Origin: Octopus vulgaris
Lineage: Eukaryota
NCBI GenBank assembly: GCA_951406725.2
Contig: OX597822.1
Span: forward strand, 35,836,001 to 35,900,000
Length of the DNA stretch: 64,000 nt
Direction of reading: 5' to 3'
Both the position numbers and the translations under genes were made by a program. The notes under the pieces were generated by a model, which had not been told where the DNA came from, searched no databases, and saw only the letters and a program-made list of their open reading frames with translations. Of this stretch, positions 58,150 to 64,000 are shown piece after piece; within the stretch, counting starts at the first letter, position 1, and every line of letters begins with the position of its first letter.

Positions 58150-58626
58150 TAATATAAAATAATGAAAGTGAATGTCAATGTGTCACACTTTTTCAACTTT
58201 ACTCCTAGTGGCTGTAGCCCAACATAACATACCATTTTGGAATCAGGCTGACTCCACGAGTAAATTAAAATCATACCGGGCTGAATCCGGACCCACAATC
58301 CTGAAATTTTGGATTCCCAAGTTTTCCTTACTGTGATTGTTTTCGCCGATTTTTTTTAGGTGACTTTCTGCGACAAATCTTTTTGTAAGATAACAATTTT
58401 TATAATCTAAAGGCTAACTCTGTGAGTAAATTAAGAACATTCCAGGCCAAATCCGGACCTGTAATCCTGAAATTTTGGATTTCTTTATTTTCATTATTGC
58501 GATTGTTTACGGAGATTTTTTTTAACATGATCTTTTGCGACAAAAATGATCATCATTGGGATAGGACTCTGGAGCAAAGCAATTGCAACAAATTCTCCGA
58601 AACAAGTCGGGCGGCTTTTAAGCTAG
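58150..58626 (+). mobile_element. Non-autonomous Helitron
   Basis: 3' CCGA(AACAAG)TCGG hairpin then CTAG|T; internal ~170-bp tandem duplication; a related A|TC 5' end at about 57834. Confidence 0.7.
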
Positions 58627-58997
58627 TAAATAATATAGTTTAAACCGAAACATTTAATCCACAACATTTTTTTCCTCTTTCGTTAATAATAATTCTTATT
58701 TATGCTTAAAAAATTATGGGATCACTATGTAAGGGAAGCAACTCTTAATCGAGTGATCTCCCTTATAACACTACATAACGAGATTGTATTTATTCGAATC
58801 ACCGGTTATTTATTTCATCGACTCAATAAGATGTAAGACTAATCGATTCGGGGATTGACTGATTTTCTTAATTACAGTCAAATAGACCAAACCAACGAAG
58901 GTTAAGTAACTGTCTTGGTCAATGACAGAACTCAACATAGCCGAAAGTATTAGATTTAGCCTTTCAGCCAGTAGTTTGTTAACATGTTTATAATAAA

Positions 58998-59512
58998 CTA
59001 GCAGTATCGCCCGGCGTTGCTCGGGTTTGTAAGGGAAATAACTATATAAGCATTTTTAGAGAGTTACTTCCCTTATAGATGCCAATTCGGGCTTTCTTAG
59101 CCATTTCTGTTTTGGTGTCTTCAAGCCATGAAGTCGTTGTTCTAAAAGAACGCTGGTCTCCTTGACAACGCTTTACGACGTTGATTTCCTTACACTCCCT
59201 TCCCCACAGCTTCACGAGGGAGGGAAGAAGGGGAAGAAGCAAACAGGTGCAGGTGTGACCACGGACGCCAACTCCGCCGCCATCGACACACGAAAAATTA
59301 TGCATTAAAATGGAATCAAAAATGATGTTAAATTATTTTTAAAATCGTAGACTCATCGTAGACGCGCCCTAATACTCAGACGGGCTCGATATGAATCACG
59401 ACTATAAGCTACCCTGTTTTGGTTAAACTGCACCGCAAAATGTGGGAGTAGTTAGGAATCTAAATCGAAGGGGACAGACACTCACACAACTACAGTTTTA
59501 TATATATATAGA
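58998..59512 (-). mobile_element. Non-autonomous Helitron, intact termini
   Basis: Minus strand A|TCTATATA...CCCGAGCAACGCCGGG hairpin..CTAG|T. Confidence 0.88.
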
Positions 59513-59651
59513 TAGGTGGTTCGGATCCAATCGGTGGGCAGAAGTTGATCTAGGCAGAATTTGAACTCAGAACTTAAAGGCGGTCAAAATGCTGCTAAGA
59601 ATTTTGCCTGGCATGCAAATGATCCTTCCAGCTCACTGCCTTGATTAGTAT

Positions 59652-60305
59652 TGTAGCGTATACTCTAGTGAAATTCCTCACTCTATTATATATACACACA
59701 TTCGAACGTAGCAGATAACAGCTACCCTTTGGACGCTATTTGTACCCCGTTGTGTCCACCACTCTGATTGGTTGGTATTGGCACAATTTGTCTCTTACTC
59801 TGTTGCGCCAATGTGCAACCTAACCAATTGCAGCCTCCAAATAAATTACGTGAGACAGTCTGTTCTCAACTCCAATTTTCAGCCTACTGTTACTTATAAA
59901 AACCCAACTTCTTGTCTCGAGGTCTTTAGTTCCAGATCTTCTAAAGTCTAGCCACCGACCACATGACACAGCCAGTTCCAGCGACGACACCGGACAAAAC
60001 CCGTCCAACAGCCTTACAGCGACCTCCATCTTCGTCGCCATCATGTCTCTCACCAACGTCATCAACAACATCTCTACGTACACAACACCATCAAAACTGC
60101 ACAGGATCTAACATAGCGATATTCATGAACTACTTCACCAGGGTTAACAACAAGCATACAAACCACACAGATGCATGTAAATATATCAATAAATCTTTCA
60201 TAAGCCTTCTACTCCTTTGGGTCTCTTCTCTTTTCCAACTGACACATTATATGTATTATTTCAGCCTTCTGATGAGTCGTTTAGATGGTCACACCACAAT
60301 CTATA
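59652..60305 (+). mobile_element. Solo LTR (~654 bp)
   Basis: TGTAG...CTATA (decayed CTACA), GTAT 4-bp TSD on both sides, CCAAT boxes, TATAAAA near 59895, AATAAA near 60188. Confidence 0.75.
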
Positions 60306-60477
60306 GTATCATTATTAAATTACAATAGGGCAACGAGCTGGAAGACTTGTTAGCATGTTGAACGAACTGCTCTAGCAGTATTCGCCCATCATTAAGTTCT
60401 GAGTTCAAATTCCGCCGAGGTTGACGTTACCTTTCATCATTTCGGGGTCGATAGATTACGTACCAGTCAAGTACTGG

Positions 60478-61454
60478 TGTAGTGGACCGCTTTTAGGCAT
60501 AGAGTACATTCGAACCTGAATTGACAAGTTTCCCATAACAGTTCAACAGCACTTTTCTCACAGAAAGTTAATAGTGACAGCAAGTTACATTTAGCATATG
60601 GTTCTACTAAGTTGAATTATGTCTTTGCCACTTAACCCCTGCTAACCTTTTGTATGCGATAGAGAGTGAAATTGACAAAACAATAGACCTCCCAAAATAC
60701 CATTGTTTGGATAACGGTATGTCTCTCTTTCTCGTTATATATACAGATTCCCAAGCAAAAATTAGTTAGTGAACAGAAACCAACTAGAGATGGCCACAAG
60801 CTAACAGCCATTTAAGACAAACGGCCAGAGGGAGAAAGGAAGTTACAATCAGCTGCTATGAGATACAACTTCCCTTGACTCTCTAACTGTCACTAGCTCA
60901 CCTTCTCTTTTCTACAACATCACTCTGTCTCTATCTTCCTTACTGGCGGCGAGCTGGCAGAAACGTTAGCACACTAGGCGAAATGCTTAGAGATATTTCG
61001 TCTGCTGTTACGTTCTGAGTTCAAATTCCGCCGAGGTCGACTGCCTTAATTAAGTACCAGTTAATTAAGTACCAGTTACGCACTGTGGTCAATGTAATTG
61101 ACTTAATCCCTTTGTCTGTCCTTGTTTTTCCCTGTGTGTTTAGCCCCTTGTGGGCAATAAAGAAATAAGAATTACAAACGTGTACACACTTATACAAGAA
61201 GAAATTAACTTTCTTAACCTCGCATACTTTTCCACTTATATTATAATTACATACACCTTGTCCGTCGAGGCGTGGCATTATATTGAGTACCGGTAAATAA
61301 ATAAATCTGAAGTCAACATCAACTTTGATCATTGTTCTTCTTTCATCTTACAAATGGCAAAAACATCTATAGCACATCTCGTTACATTGGTGAACCAACA
61401 CCTAGCCATACCGTTACATTGGTGACCCAACACCTAAAAACATTATCCGTTACA
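60478..61454 (+). mobile_element. Solo LTR inserted in a family-M SINE and itself containing a SINE (60945-61170)
   Basis: TGTAGTGGA...TCCGTTACA inverted termini; CTGG TSD (60474-77, 61455-58); the host SINE resumes after it. Confidence 0.85.
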
Positions 61455-63297
61455 CTGGGGTCATGTGATCGACTTACCCACTCCCCACAAAATCCAGGCC
61501 TTGTACCTATGGTAGAAAGGACTATCAAATGACAATTATGGAGGCGGCGAGCTTGCAGAAACGTTAGCACGCCGGGCGAAATGTTTAGCAGTATTTCGTC
61601 CACCGCTACGTTCTGAGTTCAAATTCCGCCGAGGTCGACTTTGCGTTTCATCCTTTCGGAGTCGATAAATTAAGAACCAGTTACGCACTGGGGTCGATAT
61701 AATCGACTTAATCCGTTTGTCTGTACTTGTTTGTCCTCTCTGTGTTTAGCCCTTTGTGGGTAGTAAAGAAATAGGCATTTCGTCCGTCTTCACGTTCTGA
61801 GTTCAAATTCCACCGAGGTCGCCTTTGCCTATCATCCTTTTGCGGTCGATAAAATAAGTACCAGCTGAGCACTGGGGTCAATGTAATCGACTCGTCCTCC
61901 GTCTCTTGCTGAAATTTTAGGCCTTGTGCCTATAGTAGAAAGGATAATTAAATGACAATCAAATTTGTTCTTCATTCAATTAATTTTTTTATGTAGAGTT
62001 TACAACAAGAGATTAATTAGAAAACTGAATATTTGTCGCCCAAGAAAGAAGTGAAAATTTCATCAATAGGCGCCAGTATGGCTGTGTGGGTAAGAAGCTC
62101 ACTTTACAACCACATGGTTTTAGGTTCGGTCCCACTGCATGGCATCTTGGGAAAGTGTCTTCTACTATAACCCCGGGCCAACAAATGCTTTGTGAGTAGA
62201 TTTGATAGATGGAAACTGTGTGGAAGTTTGTCTTATTTATGTAGATAAGTAGGTGGGCAGGTAGGTAGGTAGGTAGGTGTTTGGCCTACCCACGCCACTT
62301 GGCAACCGTTGTTAGTTTGCTTATGTTCCTGTAACTTGCGAGTTCAGCAAAGACGACCGACAGAATAAGAACCACAACTGAAAAAACAACCCTAAACCCC
62401 TCAGGAATACCAGAAGGCTGCTCTCGTAATCAGTACAGCTGAGTAGATTGAGGCAACATGAAATGAAGGGCCTTGCTCAACGACAATGTGATCCATGACC
62501 GGGACTCGGTTTCCACAGCCTTATGATCACGAACTGAACATTCTAACCCAGAGTTTCTCAACCTTTTCTTACAAACAGATGCAGGCACGGAAAATTCACA
62601 AGATCCGATTTTTCCGTCATAACTTCCAGTAAGATGCATCTATATTCATCTTTTTTACGGAATCACACGATTTTGGTTATGGAGGATCCGATTCTGAAAA
62701 AAAAAATTCCAAAAAATCGCATTTTCAAAATTTTAATACCCACCTACTTTACCCCACCCTCCTTATTATTCACTTTACCCGGAATTTTTTTTTTTTGCGA
62801 AATACGTAGAAAAATACGAAGATTAAGATTCTGAAAAAAAATGGTGTGTAAAATACACCCTCAGGTCTTTTACTAGAACGCATACAAAAACAGACAGAAC
62901 AACCGTTCATTTTCACATTTAGACAGCGGGATGACGGGGAGGATTTTGGGTCGGAGTCTTTCCTAAAAAATTTGAAATTAAAATTTGAATTTGTGTTTAT
63001 TTTTTCCATATTCTTAACCTCTGTATTTTCCCACGTAGATTAATGGAAAAAAATTCGATATAAGTTTGAAAAAATTAAAAACCACTTTAATTTCACATGA
63101 ATACTTTGTCATATTACCGCGGGAAATTACTCTGAAAGAAATCTTTGCAGAAAGGTGAATAGATTGAATGTATTATGTTATCGCAGTTTTGTGGGATTTG
63201 GCTGTTGTTTCTAGCATGTGGATAGCCCGCTTGAAGGCCTAAGGTTATATATATATATATATATATCTATACAATATGTTACATTACTCGGTAGTCA

Positions 63298-63360
63298 AGA
63301 TAAAACTCTGAGTTTCAGATGCCGAAGTGGAAATCCACAACACCATCTCTTCGGTTATCT
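63298..63360 (-). ncRNA. Hammerhead-like motif, left-arm copy
   Basis: Reverse complement of 63814-63876. Confidence 0.6.
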
Positions 63361-63813
63361 GGCTATTTGAAAACGTTATGAAAAATACCGTTAAAAATGA
63401 AGGGAAATTACTCTGTTATAACTCTGCTTTGCCTGCGTACTTATACATCGCTCGCATTTTTCGTCATAAAAATTATATAAAAATACATAAAAATATATAA
63501 AAATATATAAAAATATATAAAATCTTCTTGGGACATAACACAGAAAGCATGTTCTATCCGTTTTCTTTAGGGGACCAAAATTTCTGTTACGTTTTTGGTC
63601 CCCTAAAGAAAACGGATAGAACATGCTTTCTGTGTTATGTCCCAAGAAGATTTTATATATTTTTATATATTTTTATATATTTTTATGTATTTTTATATAA
63701 TTTTTATGACGAAAAATGCGAGCGATGTATAAGTACGCAGGCAAAGCAGAGTTATAACAGAGTAATTTCCCTTCATTTTTAACGGTATTTTTTCATAACG
63801 TTTTCAAATAGCC

Positions 63814-63876
63814 AGATAACCGAAGAGATGGTGTTGTGGATTTCCACTTCGGCATCTGAAACTCAGAGTTTTATCT
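63814..63876 (+). ncRNA. Hammerhead-like motif (U4C core, extended helix II), right-arm copy
   Basis: AGATAA-CCGAAGA-GATG..GTGG(ATTT)CCAC..CATC-T-GAAA-CTCAGAG-TT-TTATCT. Confidence 0.6.
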
Positions 63877-64000
63877 TGACTACCGAGTAATGTAACATAT
63901 TGTATAGATAAATTTCCTCTATTTACATAATATTGAGGTCTCTTTCTTTCTTTTGTTATCTTACCGTTTTATCAATATTGAAATTTTACAAACCAGATTT

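Larger units (their letters stand above)
63264..63910. repeat. Near-perfect inverted repeat: arms 63264-63580 and 63593-63910, 12-nt spacer
   Basis: Arms are reverse complements apart from one homopolymer base (A5 versus T6). Confidence 0.97.

Noticed and set aside
60262-60295. CTGATGAGTC as a hammerhead core
   Set aside because: The hairpin is followed by GGTC rather than GAAA; lies within the LTR
62549-63040. Possible DNA transposon/MITE
   Set aside because: Looks element-like, but I could not define convincing TIRs or a TSD

Overview
AT-rich, repeat-dense animal genomic DNA; the SINE families and microsatellite load are typical of octopus (inference). The only host gene I can support is glucose-6-phosphate isomerase (GPI) on the minus strand: exon 1 at 35343-35479 and exon 2 at 187-277, separated by a 35,065-bp intron, with the rest of the gene lying beyond the left edge. 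The remainder is tRNA-derived SINEs, LINE fragments (RTE, CR1, R4/Dong, Penelope), Tc1/mariner, piggyBac-type, Helitron and HINE elements, two solo LTRs, and large simple or higher-order repeats. The most notable unannotated signal is a set of short inserts in (TA)n tracts that fold into minimal type I hammerhead ribozymes (4274, 14815, 20532, 33231, and both arms of a 647-bp palindrome at 63264-63910). Several have variant catalytic cores, and they are probably Penelope-related. Also notable are a solo LTR with tandem LTR-end+PBS units, a twin-priming-like Penelope inversion, a self-nested piggyBac MITE, and several local inverted duplications. All calls are from manual reading; no database searches or folding programs were run.
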